This document shows, in pieces, positions 1 through 9,300 of a stretch of DNA of 32,000 nucleotides. A program made the translations under genes and the position numbers. Under the pieces are notes generated by a model, which was given only the letters and a program-made list of their open reading frames with translations, had not been told where the DNA came from and ran no database searches. The DNA is from Candidatus Methanoperedens sp. (GTDB lineage Archaea; Halobacteriota; Methanosarcinia; Methanosarcinales; Methanoperedenaceae), in the NCBI GenBank assembly GCA_027460535.1, contig JAPZAR010000018.1:1-32000 (forward strand), read 5' to 3'. Position 1 is the first letter of the stretch, and every line of letters starts with the position of its first letter.

Positions 1-130
1 GAGGGCAACAGGTTAATCTACGGGAACGGATCCCAAACGCAATGTTTGTTACCCTCTCGACCTACTTTTATGTAGGTGCAAGAACGTTTTTATATTTCTC
101 GCATGGATGTTGTATATACGAACGCAGATA

Positions 131-260
131 AACGCAGATTTATAGTCTCGCTTTTCATAACACTCTTCTATTGCTCCGAATATTTATAACTCTGTAATTA
201 TTAATTTCCCGGCGCCGATATGTTCCCGAAGCAGCAATATTCAACAAGAGCCGAAGCCTG
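131..260 (+). repeat. Interspersed repeat family, copy 1 (long form). Layout: GAACGCAGAT motif, TTATAACTCT, GGCGCCGATATGTTCCCGAAGC, AAGCCTG
   Basis: It aligns by eye with 422-540 as a direct repeat, with 11053-11178, and in reverse complement with 5578-5638, 5406-5449 and 4212-4252. Confidence 0.8.
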
Positions 261-269
261 ATTTCCTGA

Positions 270-445
270 AAATAAAAAACCGCAGATGAAGGCGCCCAGA
301 GTCACGAGCCTCCCGAGTCGCGCCTCGGGAGGGCGCACCCACGCATGCCGCAGGCATGCGTGTATACCAAGTCGAGAAGCGTAGTTTTCGGTCTGAGAAC
401 CCGCAGGGTTTCGGCATTGATGAACGCAGATTTATAGTCTCGCTC
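270..445 (-). ncRNA. Candidate structured small RNA between repeat copies 1 and 2
   Basis: This GC-rich stretch sits in an AT-rich context. It has nested stems: 292-297/331-336, a 9-bp stem 309-317/324-332, a 10-bp stem 340-349/353-362 with a GCA loop, and 397-402/406-411 with a GCA loop. On the minus strand it lies downstream of the TATA-like TTATAAG (470-476) of repeat copy 2. It ends in GCGGTTTTTTATTTTC, with the T6 run at 274-279. The ends are approximate. Confidence 0.3.
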
Positions 446-540
446 TTCATAGCACTTTTCTACTGCGCCTTATAACTCTATACTCCCGGCGCCATCCCCG
501 GAGCAGCAATATTCCATTAGAGCTCGAACTCCCGAAGCCC
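422..540 (+). repeat. Interspersed repeat family, copy 2 (direct repeat of copy 1)
   Basis: GAACGCAGATTTATAGTCTCGCT(C/T)TTCATA...TTATAACTCT...CCCGGCGCC...GAGCAGCAATATTC is shared with 131-260. Confidence 0.8.
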
Positions 541-572
541 GCGTTGATGGGATGGGCTAAGGTAGGATTAAC

Positions 573-1820
573 CTACCTGACTTCTACAACCGTGTCAAGC
601 AACATGGTGTTGGATGGTATGTGAACGAGTTTAACATCATACTTACCCCCAGACGATAACGGCAGACCTTCTGACGTAGTGGTTATTATTATCTGATTTC
701 CAACAGCAAAATCACTACCTTGATTATTAAACCATGGCGAATTTCCAACAGGAACAATTGATAACTTCCAGTCACCTGCTTTCAATGTATCTCCGCCTTT
801 ATGTTGTATTTTCATGTCAGGGCTTGTTGTGTCAGGGTTGTTCGCTATGGATATACTCACTGTCGGAGCTGCTATGGAAGTTGAAGTCTGTGTTTGTATT
901 GGATTAGGTGTTGGATTTGTTATTTGCGGGCTGCTACTGCCCCCAGTTGTGGAAATTACATCAAGTATATTTGATATTTTTTCTTCCTGTTTTTTCGCTA
1001 ATAATAAAAGAGTTTCAATTTTAACATCTGGAGTCGATACCACCAGAACTATAATATTATTTTTTCTAAATATTATATACGATCCTCCTGCCACTACGGT
1101 CGTTTTTTCGTTTTGCGAACCAACAATAGAATATAGTTCACCCTCAGTATCCCCTATATCTACTCTATTGACAATTACTTTAAAATTCTTTTGTGATTCT
1201 GAAGCTAATGATTGAGAGACACCATTTGCTGCGTCTATAGTAGGAGATACATAGAGCCAGATTGAAATATTAGGGTTACCATATTCTGCATAAATACCAC
1301 TTAATACATGGTTTTGTATTGTCTCTGGAATGATTCTTTGTCCCTTTTTCGTTAAGTCAGTTCCTACTAGTTCTTTTATCTCAGTGTCAGTAAGAATAAT
1401 TTGTTCAGCATGTAAGTTAATTATTTTTAAATCATTTGATTGAGTCCCAGATTTTGGTGTTGTTTCTGATGATGCCTCACCACTGCCTGTTGTTGTAGAA
1501 CAGATTACTATCTGATTTTCAGCGTTAATCCACGATACAACCTTTAAATTTCCTTCACTTACTGTCGCTTTATACATATTTATGGGCGTTATAGGCTTAT
1601 CACATTGTTGGCTAATTTCTTGAGATGATTGTGCTACATCATCTTTTGACCAATATGTAACTGTTATTTTAGCATCTGGATGCTCTTTCATAAATTGTTG
1701 TACTTCAGGCAAAGCTTTGAACGCTGAAGTAACATCCTGACCACCTACGCAACCGGAAGCAATAATTGATAAGATCAAGGTTGCTATTATTATTAATATT
1801 TTAAAATCATGTTTCGCCAT
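573..1820 (-). CDS. Secreted lipoprotein with a Ser/Thr/Pro-rich linker and a C-terminal archaeal pilin-like (HxGGD) domain
   Basis: 415-aa ORF. The N-terminus has a signal peptide plus lipobox (LILSIIASGCVGG). A low-complexity linker (TTGGSSSPQITNPTPNPIQTQTSTS) follows. The C-terminal IQHKGGDTLKAGDWKLSI resembles the H-x-GGD motif of archaeal DUF1628/pilin-like proteins. Confidence 0.8.
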   Translation of the reverse strand: MAKHDFKILIIIATLILSIIASGCVGGQDVTSAFKALPEVQQFMKEHPDAKITVTYWSKDDVAQSSQEISQQCDKPITPINMYKATVSEGNLKVVSWINAENQIVICSTTTGSGEASSETTPKSGTQSNDLKIINLHAEQIILTDTEIKELVGTDLTKKGQRIIPETIQNHVLSGIYAEYGNPNISIWLYVSPTIDAANGVSQSLASESQKNFKVIVNRVDIGDTEGELYSIVGSQNEKTTVVAGGSYIIFRKNNIIVLVVSTPDVKIETLLLLAKKQEEKISNILDVISTTGGSSSPQITNPTPNPIQTQTSTSIAAPTVSISIANNPDTTSPDMKIQHKGGDTLKAGDWKLSIVPVGNSPWFNNQGSDFAVGNQIIITTTSEGLPLSSGGKYDVKLVHIPSNTMLLDTVVEVR

Positions 1821-1970
1821 AGTACCGCCAGAGTTTAATTAATTTTAATACAATATAAAACTATTTATTTTGGTTATAGATGAGAGGTAGAGATAGAGCC
1901 GTTTAGCTCTAACTCCATACATGTTTAATGTTAAATGACCGTTAGATTTACCTATTCTTTAATTTTTAAA

Positions 1971-3015
1971 CTAAGGCATATTTTCAATTTCCCGTATCAT
2001 TGGAAGGCTTTTATATTCAAGCGGATTAAGTACAAACATAAATTCATTCAAAGCAATATCAAAAGCATTATCCTTGAATGTCATGCTCATTTTATCATCT
2101 GTAAAAGTGAAATCAGTGGGTTTTATTCTTAATCCTAAAATCATCTCAATAACCTGTTTATCAATCCATACACGATAAGGCTCTATGAAGTCATAAACCA
2201 GAATATTCCAGTAAGGCTTTTGTGCTTCATTCTGATCCATAAAGCCAATACTTAACTCAAAACCACGTTTTAATAATAGTTCACTCATTCTTTGAGCCAA
2301 CAGAGAATAACCCAAATTCAATATTGCATTTACCGGATCAAGTGCATTTTTATTACCGGATGCTTTTTCTGCCTTTCCAATCCCATTCTTTATTAAACAT
2401 CCATTGTTTAAAGTAGATATTTGATGCACCGGCTTCTACTTGCATAATCTCTTTTATATCCCGTGCCTTGTTAAGTTTAGGGATATAATCTTTCATGTCT
2501 TGGGATTCCAATTTTAATTTTATCAAATATTTGGTTATCTCCAATGCTTTACCGTTAATCCTTGATTCCACTTGTTTTATAATCAATGATGGTCTTTTAA
2601 AATTGAACGGTAAAAAGCTTGCATCAACTTTACCCTTGCTGTCAATCCAGTATATTGCTATCGAATTGGCTTTAGCAAAATCAATAAAAGCAGTTGATAT
2701 ATACCCTTTACCCATTGGAGTTATGATAATTCTTTCAATATTATGAAGGTCTATTGGATAATCCTTCTTAACCTCTATCTTTTTGCTATGTTCTCTCAAG
2801 AATTTTAGATACAATTTACCATGATGTTTAATCTTCTTATCTGGTAATCCAGCTTTGTTATCACGTTCTAATTGCTGGCTTATTAATTCGTCAATTTCAC
2901 TATCGGTATAAGGTCTTTCTGTGTACGAAATGTACGTAAATACAGGTTTTAAATTCTGCTGTCTTAATGCAAATTCAGAGTTTACAATAATCGAATGTGA
3001 GTAAGGTCTTGTAGA
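1971..3015 (-). pseudogene. cas1: Solo cas1, decayed: one frameshift, no canonical start, catalytic His replaced
   Basis: The N-terminal-domain ORF (2353-2814) contains IERIIITPMGKGYISTAFIDFAKANSIAIYWID and EAGASNIYFKQW. The C-terminal ORF (1971-2429), in another frame, contains NALDPVNAILNLGYSLLAQ, SIGFMDQ and LVYDFIEPYRVWIDKQV. The frames switch near the A5/T5 run at 2364-2368. The reading frame is open upstream to 3015 without ATG/GTG/TTG. Confidence 0.8.
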
Positions 3016-3330
3016 TTATTATTCATATATGGTCTTCGCAATATTAAATACGTATCAATACAATATAATCTTTGCCTATCCCTTAAAATATGGTCTTCGC
3101 AAACTATTTTTTTGGGATAGGTACTTACATTTTTGGCATTAAGAAATCGTTTCAATTGATGTTGGTAGTTATTCCAATGTGCAATATATCCCTAAGGATT
3201 GGTCTTAAAACGTTTATTACTTTGTGTATTGATCACATTTATAATATTTTTTATTTATTCAATAAATATTCTTTTATTCTATTGGAATTTTTTTTTTATA
3301 TTTAAAAAATAGCAAAAGTATTGTAACTCG

Positions 3331-3912
3331 TCATTTATGGGAGCTGTTTAATGCTTCTATCTCGCTCTTGAGTTTTTCATTCTCAGCTTTGAGTTTTAAC
3401 ATCTCGTCAACTTTAGCTTTTAACACTTCTAGCTCTGCTTTGATTTCGTCGTCAAATTTTTGTGGAGGCTCTTCCAATTTTATTATTGTTGGGAAATTCC
3501 CTACTATCCAACTGATTAATAATTGAAACGTAATAAGTCCTAACGCAATAAATGGAGAAATAGAGTTATCATAATTAAATGTATTTTTTTTCAAGATATA
3601 AAAAAGCATAAAACTTGGAATAACAGTATTAGATAAAGAAGATATTTCTATTGCATGTTGATGGAGGTAACCTTTTGTGTAATCCTTATTACCAACCCTT
3701 TTCTCCAGAAAAACTATAGAAGCAGTCGTTATAGGAATGCTAACTCCAATGGATAATAAAATTCGAGTAACTAAATCTAAACTAATAAAGTTCTGCTCGT
3801 ATGTGACAAATAAAATTATATAACCAACCAAAAAATAACCACATAAAAAATAAAAAATTTTATCTAACTCACCTTTTTCAAAGCTTTTAGATAGAGAATC
3901 TATATAATTCAT
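3331..3912 (-). CDS. Hypothetical membrane protein (about 4 TM) with a C-terminal coiled coil
   Basis: 193-aa ORF with hydrophobic segments (FYFLCGYFLVGYIILFV, ILLSIGVSIPITTASIVFL, IPSFMLFYIL, FIALGLITFQLLISWIV). The tail is heptad-like: AELEVLKAKVDEMLKLKAENEKLKSEIEAL. I recognise no family. Confidence 0.65.
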   Translation of the reverse strand: MNYIDSLSKSFEKGELDKIFYFLCGYFLVGYIILFVTYEQNFISLDLVTRILLSIGVSIPITTASIVFLEKRVGNKDYTKGYLHQHAIEISSLSNTVIPSFMLFYILKKNTFNYDNSISPFIALGLITFQLLISWIVGNFPTIIKLEEPPQKFDDEIKAELEVLKAKVDEMLKLKAENEKLKSEIEALNSSHK

Positions 3913-4018
3913 ACAGCGAACAATCTGTTCTTTCTTAATATTTAAATTTGATTACCAAAATCAGCCATAATAATTGGTCAATCAATTCTTATGCCCCAAG
4001 ATATTCCGTTACGGTTTT

Positions 4019-4090
4019 TTTGTGTGTGTGCGTGTGTGTGTGCTGTCTGTGGTGTGAAAGAAAGAGAGAGAAAGGATAAGAGGATTAGAT
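4019..4090. repeat. Imperfect TG-rich microsatellite followed by an AG/GA-rich tract
   Basis: The sequence TTTGTGTGTGTGCGTGTGTGTGTGCTGTCTGTGGTGTG is followed by AAAGAAAGAGAGAGAAAGGATAAGAGGA. Confidence 0.9.
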
Positions 4091-4211
4091 AAAGATTGTA
4101 CAAATGTACAAAAAAGCAAGAGAGCAAAAGAGCGATTGTAAACCAGAATGAGTGTACAATTGTACAAATGTATAAATAATAACATTAATATATAGATGCG
4201 GGGGGCGTGGG

Positions 4212-4252
4212 CTTATCGGCGCCGGGGAATTAATATTTTTGAAGTAATATAT
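4212..4252 (-). repeat. Interspersed repeat family, copy 3 (core only)
   Basis: TATCGGCGCCGGGGAATTAATATTTTTGAAGTAATATAT matches copies 4 and 5 and the reverse complement of copy 1. Confidence 0.7.
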
Positions 4253-4438
4253 GTCTCCAAGTCGACATTTTGAACCTGATATGCTCCTTTCTTATTAAAC
4301 GTCTCAAACTAAGATTGATAGTTAACAGGTGAATAATAATATATTAATAAGATTCTGATACACGCCGACATGTTCATTTACAGGGAAAATAATATGTATA
4401 TTATCAGAAATTAATACCTTTGATCAAGGGAATTATAT

Positions 4439-4738
4439 ATGTTAGATTTTGAAACAGATTTGCTGGAAGCAACTTCAAAACTTGGTTATGATAAAGGGGA
4501 AATACTGCACAGTGCTCTTAAAATGTATCTGGACGCCAATAAGGAGCTAAAGGAAAGACTTGCCGTAGAACTATATAAAGATGGCAAAATCAGTCTTGGG
4601 AAGGCAAGTGAAATAGCGGACATATCGTATGAAGAAATGAAAGAGCTTTTAATTAAGAATAATGTGGAGATTAGGAGGGGACCTGTATCTCTCAAAGAAC
4701 TGAAGAAAAGGGCAAAAGAATTAGCAGAAATATTATAG
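4439..4738 (+). CDS. UPF0175-family antitoxin-like protein
   Basis: 99-aa ORF. AVELYKDGKISLGKASEIADISYEEMKELL is typical of UPF0175 HTH proteins, which pair with DUF3368 PIN-like genes. The partner gene lies immediately downstream. Confidence 0.8.
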   Translation: MLDFETDLLEATSKLGYDKGEILHSALKMYLDANKELKERLAVELYKDGKISLGKASEIADISYEEMKELLIKNNVEIRRGPVSLKELKKRAKELAEIL

Positions 4739-4779
4739 CTGATACCGGTTTCGTAAGCTCTCTTCTGAAAATCGACCGT

Positions 4780-5193
4780 TTGTATATAATATCCAGACTT
4801 GGAAGGGTTAGCATTACCACAGAGGTATACGAAGAGCTAACAAGGTGCAGGCATCTGATAAAGCCGCTCATTAATGAAATTCAAAATGGAAATATCGTGC
4901 TAATGGAATCGGGTGATTACTCAAATTTGCAGAAAAAATATCCCAAGCTTGGGGCAGGCGAACTCAGCGTAATCGCTTCTGGAGAGGACATGATAGCTTT
5001 TATAGAAGATAGGGACGCTGAGGCAGCCGCAAGAAAAGAGGGCTTGAAGGTGTATAATATTCCCGAAGTGCTGCTTGCATGCAAAATGAAAGAACGAATT
5101 AAGAGGTCGGAGATTGTAGAAATAATCAACGAACTCAGGGAAAAGGATGGATACGCATTCAAGGAAGATATTGAGATGGAATTGATCAAATAA
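4780..5193 (+). CDS. DUF3368/PIN-like toxin partner of UPF0175
   Basis: 137-aa ORF from TTG 4780. The PIN-like N-terminal similarity (NIIADTGFVSSLLKIDRL) continues in frame upstream to about 4729. The frame opens at 4675, and no ATG/GTG/TTG occurs before 4780. The gene may therefore be start-less, damaged, or use an ATT/ATA start. Confidence 0.7.
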   Translation: MYIISRLGRVSITTEVYEELTRCRHLIKPLINEIQNGNIVLMESGDYSNLQKKYPKLGAGELSVIASGEDMIAFIEDRDAEAAARKEGLKVYNIPEVLLACKMKERIKRSEIVEIINELREKDGYAFKEDIEMELIK

Positions 5194-5405
5194 TATTTGG
5201 TCAATCTGGTCTTTTGCCAAAAATTCGCGGCGAACAGGGTCTCCAATCAAAATAAGACCATAGCCCTTCAAATCCAGCAGCCCCATCACCCTCTTTCTCT
5301 CGCCAGCCATCTTGAATCTATAGCAGCGCTGTCGCCCAACTAAGCAGGCCGATTCGGGCCGGGCGGCGGGGGGTTTGAGGTGGGGTGGTTGCCAGGAGGT
5401 ACATT

Positions 5406-5449
5406 GGCGCCGAGGGATTAATATTTTTGAAGTGATAAATGTGTGGCGC
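5406..5449 (-). repeat. Interspersed repeat family, copy 4 (core)
   Basis: GGCGCCGAGGGATTAATATTTTTGAAGTGATAAATGTGTGGCGC. Confidence 0.75.
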
Positions 5450-5577
5450 TTTACACCGCCTTTATCTGCGGCTTCTTTTATTTCCTGAGAAGGTCGCCAT
5501 GCTTCCCTGCTCATCTCCACAGAAAATGCAGGGTATTCAATTTACGCAGGTTGTAGCCTTTCATAGAACGAGAGGTT

Positions 5578-5638
5578 GCTTCGGGAACATATCGGCGCCG
5601 GAGGATTAATATTTAAAGAGTTATAAATTGTGGGCGCC
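5578..5638 (-). repeat. Interspersed repeat family, copy 5
   Basis: GCTTCGGGAACATATCGGCGCCGGAGGATTAATATTTAAAGAGTTATAAATTGTGGGCGCC is a near-exact reverse complement of 175-235. Confidence 0.85.
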
Positions 5639-5810
5639 TTTCTTTTATATCGAAGAGGGACATGACTACATTTTAAAATCCAGCGTTCACTACATCCGCG
5701 AGTGAATATAACCTTTGTGCATAATCATATAAATAAGAATCCACCAATCTGATAAGTGAGTATACCATGCATATCGAATATCCTATATCCCTATTGTCAA
5801 GGAGGCAAGA

Positions 5811-6047
5811 ATGCAAAAAAGATTGATCATATCTGACCCCAAAGTGATGATGGGCAAACCGGTCATCGAAGGAACCCGCATTACAGTTGAGATGATCCTG
5901 GAGAAGCTTTCTGCAGGCGAAACAGTGGAACAGATACTGGAAGCCCATCCCCGACTAATGGAAGAGTCAATAAGAGCGGCTCTTGCATTTGCAGCGCGGG
6001 CTTTACGTGCAGATGTGGTATATCCGGTCGCTGAGGCCGTTTCGTGA
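5811..6047 (+). CDS. DUF433-family antitoxin-like protein
   Basis: 78-aa ORF with GGAGG 5 nt upstream of the ATG. ISDPKVMMGKPVIEGTRITVEMILEKLSAGETVEQILEAHP is the typical DUF433 signature. Confidence 0.8.
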   Translation: MQKRLIISDPKVMMGKPVIEGTRITVEMILEKLSAGETVEQILEAHPRLMEESIRAALAFAARALRADVVYPVAEAVS

Positions 6048-6172
6048 ACGTCCTGGCAGATGAGAATGTTGATGCGATTCGTGCTAAATTTTCGCCATGG
6101 TGGAGCGGATCATATGCAGGCAATAGAGCTTCTGGGCAGTCTTTGAGAGATCTGAAATCGAATCAAAGCTGA
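6044..6172 (+). pseudogene. Stump of a DUF5615 (Mut7-C/PIN-like) partner of DUF433
   Basis: The GTG start overlaps the DUF433 stop in a GTGA overlap. The N-terminus VNVLADENVDAI matches the usual (M)xxLADENV start of DUF5615. After about 12 aa the similarity is lost, or moves to another frame (FRHGGADHMQAIE). The ORF stops after 42 aa. Confidence 0.35.
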
Positions 6173-6384
6173 AACAAGCAAGAAGGATCATGTCATTGAA
6201 GAACGCCGCTGTAGGTGAAGACAGGCTGATCAAGCAAACTGAAGCACAAGAAATGCTAAAGGATGCGGCTTGTTGAATGGGTCGAAAATAAGCTTGGAAA
6301 ATAATCCACAAAATAAAAATATTTCTTGCAAAGTATTATTATTCAGGACGTATTCTGTAACCCTATTAAAACGGTGATGTATAT

Positions 6385-9300
6385 TTGTTAAACTCCCTCC
6401 TCTCCTCCCTAAAACCGCGCCAGCTCGAAGCCATCAAACACACCCAGGGTCCCCAACTGATCCTCGCAGGCGCAGGTACAGGCAAGACCACGACCATCAC
6501 AGCCAAGATCGCGAACATGGTCGAAAAGGAAGGCATCGACCCCTCCCAGATACTAGCCCTTACCTTCTCCAAAGAAGCCGCAAGGAACATGCGCGAAAAA
6601 GTCGAGAAACTCCTTCAGGGAAAGGAAGTGATCGTTAAAACTTTCCACTCATTCTGCGCCGAGCTCATCAGGGATAATGCTGACAGATGCAAAGTTCCCG
6701 GCGATTTCAAGATATTCGAGGAAATTGATTCAGCCATTTTCATATTCAGGGAACTCGGGACAGATGCAAGGACCGCCAGCCTGTACGCGAATACGATCGG
6801 AAAATCCAAAGACCTGAATATTTCAATGGACAAATTCAAAGAATTTCTTGAAAAGCTTAAAAAACAAGTTCAGGATATCGAAAAAGATGAGAGCAAGTGG
6901 AAGGAACTATATCGCCAATCCAAATTCAAGCTCAATACCTTCCATCTTCAGGAATACAAAGACAAAGAAGATAAGAAGGCAAAACAGGCAGAGAAAAAAC
7001 GATATTCTGAATTCATAGACCTCTATGAAGAATACCAGAAATATTCAAACTTCATATCAGCATGGGAGAAATATGAAGAAAAGAAATCAGCTATAGGCGC
7101 ACTGGATTACGGCGACCTTAATAAGATTGCACTCTGGTATCTTGATGTGTACGGCACGCAGGAGTTGAACGACACATTCCGCTACATCATCATTGATGAA
7201 TTTCAGGATACCAACTATGTCCAGTTCGAGCTGATCAAGAAGCTCACAGCGGCGGATAATAACATAACAGTGGTGGCAGATCCAAACCAGGCCATCTATG
7301 CATTCCGCGGAGCATATACCAATAATATCGATGAGTTCAAAAAGCAATTCACCCTTTCAGACAAAGACATCGTATCTCTGGATGTCAGCTTCAGGTCGAC
7401 TAATAAGATTCTCAGAGTCGCCCACACTCTGATCGAAAAGAACTATAGAGAGGAAAAAAAGAAAGATTGCCAGCTTCTAAAAAACCACAAAGATATTGAA
7501 GGTGAGAACGTCCGTATCATTGAAACAGAGGACGATAACGAAGAAGCAAGAGCCATAGTGGAGAAGATTGAGTTTTTCCTGGCACAGGGTATTCCTCCAA
7601 AAGAGATCGCCGTATTATATAGGACTCACGCCCAGGGACGAAAGGTGAGGCAGGCTCTTGAAAACAGGGGTTTGCCTTTCCGGGTCAAAGACGATACCGA
7701 TTTCCTGAAGCAGCCTGAGATAAAGACTGCGCTGGCTTATTTGTATGTGATCAACAATATCTCCCATCCCGCAGCCCGCGGGACAGAGGCATGGTGGAGG
7801 ATATTCCATTACAATAATGCATTGAGCCAGGAAGATTCCATCAGGATAGGAGAATACCTCAAGAAAAAATGGGTCTCGTTCCAGGAAGCCATTTATCACC
7901 ATATTGGAGAACTCGGACTTTCAAAGAGCGGTCTTGAGACCATAAGCAACGTTAAAAAGAGGATAGATTCGCTTTGCGGCAAGAAGAACCTTGATGTATC
8001 AGACCTGATCCTTGAGGTCTATGACCTGTCAGGTCTCTCAAGGCAATTCGCCCACACTGACACAAAGCGCAGCAGGGAAGCGCTTTTGAACCTCAGGCAG
8101 CTTCATGAATTGGCCAGTAATTTTGAGGAGTTCCATGGAAAAGACCTGAGCCTGTTCATAGATTATCTTGAGATACTTGATGAGATGGACGGTAACCCGC
8201 CGCCTGCAAGAATAGCGGATGAGGATGCCATAAACCTCATGACCGTACATGCTGCAAAGGGGCTTGAATTCAGCGTGGTATTTCTCACGAACCTTGCAAA
8301 AGATAAATTCCCTCTATACCGGGGGGGCGCAGAGCCGCTGGTTCCTCCTGAACTGATGGATCAGTACAGGGATATCTTTGAGGATAAATCCATCAAAGAT
8401 ATTGAGAAAGCAGTCAGGGAGCGGAAAAGGGAAATAAAAAAGGAAGAGGAGAGGCGGCTTGCATATGTAGCGCTAACAAGAGCAAAAGAACATCTTTTCC
8501 TGACACTGGCGACCAGATACACAGAGGATGAAAGAGAGCCCTCCGAGTTCCTCACGGATATTGGATACAACAACTGGAGAGCCGGGGGGAACATCAAAGT
8601 CGGGGATCTCAATTATTTCAGGGATACCGATACCAAAGTCAGGGAGATGATAAAGGATAGCGCGCTTGAACGGGAAAAGGCAATGCGTAAGAGGCTTCTT
8701 ATAGAGTCGCTTGATTCAGGAGATTTTAATGAAATCATGAAAAATGCGCTGCTGTATCAGGCTCTGAAGGTCGAGGGTACGCCGGATTTTAAGGAGCTTA
8801 TTGATTCCAGCTGGCCAAAAATAGACCCTACCGATGATGCTGACAGGATTTTAGCGAAGATAAAGGAAAAGAAGAACGGATTGAAATTCAATCCCGCAAG
8901 TATGACTTTTAGCTATTCCTCAATAAGTACCTATGAGCGATGCCCGCGCCAGTATGAACTCGCGGAGCTTCTCAGGATGCCTGCACGCGATTCCGAAGAT
9001 TCTACCGGAGCCATGAGAAGGGGGAATTTTGTTCATAAGGTGCTTGAGATAGCAGTGAGTGAAAAGATTGCCACAAAAGAAAGGTTGTATGAGATAAGAG
9101 ATACAGTCGCAAAAGAACCTGATTTCAGGGGCGTTGACATTGAAACTGCAACTGCAGCGCTCGATGTATTCTGGGAGCGGAACAAAAATAGAATGGCAAA
9201 TAACCTGATGGTTGAGCAGAGATTCGCTGTACAGCTTGGAGGTTTTACTTTCAAGGGGTTTATTGACCGGGTGGATCTAATCCCCGGGACAAAGGATGAG

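Noticed and set aside
241-450. 69-aa minus-strand ORF as a protein-coding gene
   Set aside because: It lies entirely within the repeats and GC-rich palindromes, and its product is Arg-rich and low-complexity (GAPSRGATREARDSGR). It is more parsimoniously non-coding; see the ncRNA candidate.
1971-3015. Casposon interpretation of the solo cas1
   Set aside because: No family-B polymerase, HNH or HTH genes, and no terminal inverted repeats, are visible around it. The gene itself is disrupted.
3027-3102. Two identical 15-bp units (ATATGGTCTTCGCAA at 3027-3041 and 3088-3102), 61 bp apart and just upstream of the cas1 relic. Could this be a CRISPR remnant?
   Set aside because: There are only two copies and only 15 bp of identity, and the flanks are unrelated. 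This is insufficient for a CRISPR call. It may be a small direct repeat or operator; GGTCTT also recurs at 3005 and 3200.
4921-5520. 199-aa minus-strand ORF
   Set aside because: It runs antisense through the PIN-like gene and across repeat copy 4. Only the segment at about 5195-5310 (MAGERKRVMGLLDLKGYGLILIGDPVRREF) is outside other features, and I cannot assign it to any family.
5673-6311. Minus-strand ORFs 5673-5948, 5881-6123 and 6084-6311
   Set aside because: They overlap the well-supported DUF433 gene or its downstream stump. They have no recognisable motifs and an odd composition, so they are likely shadow ORFs.
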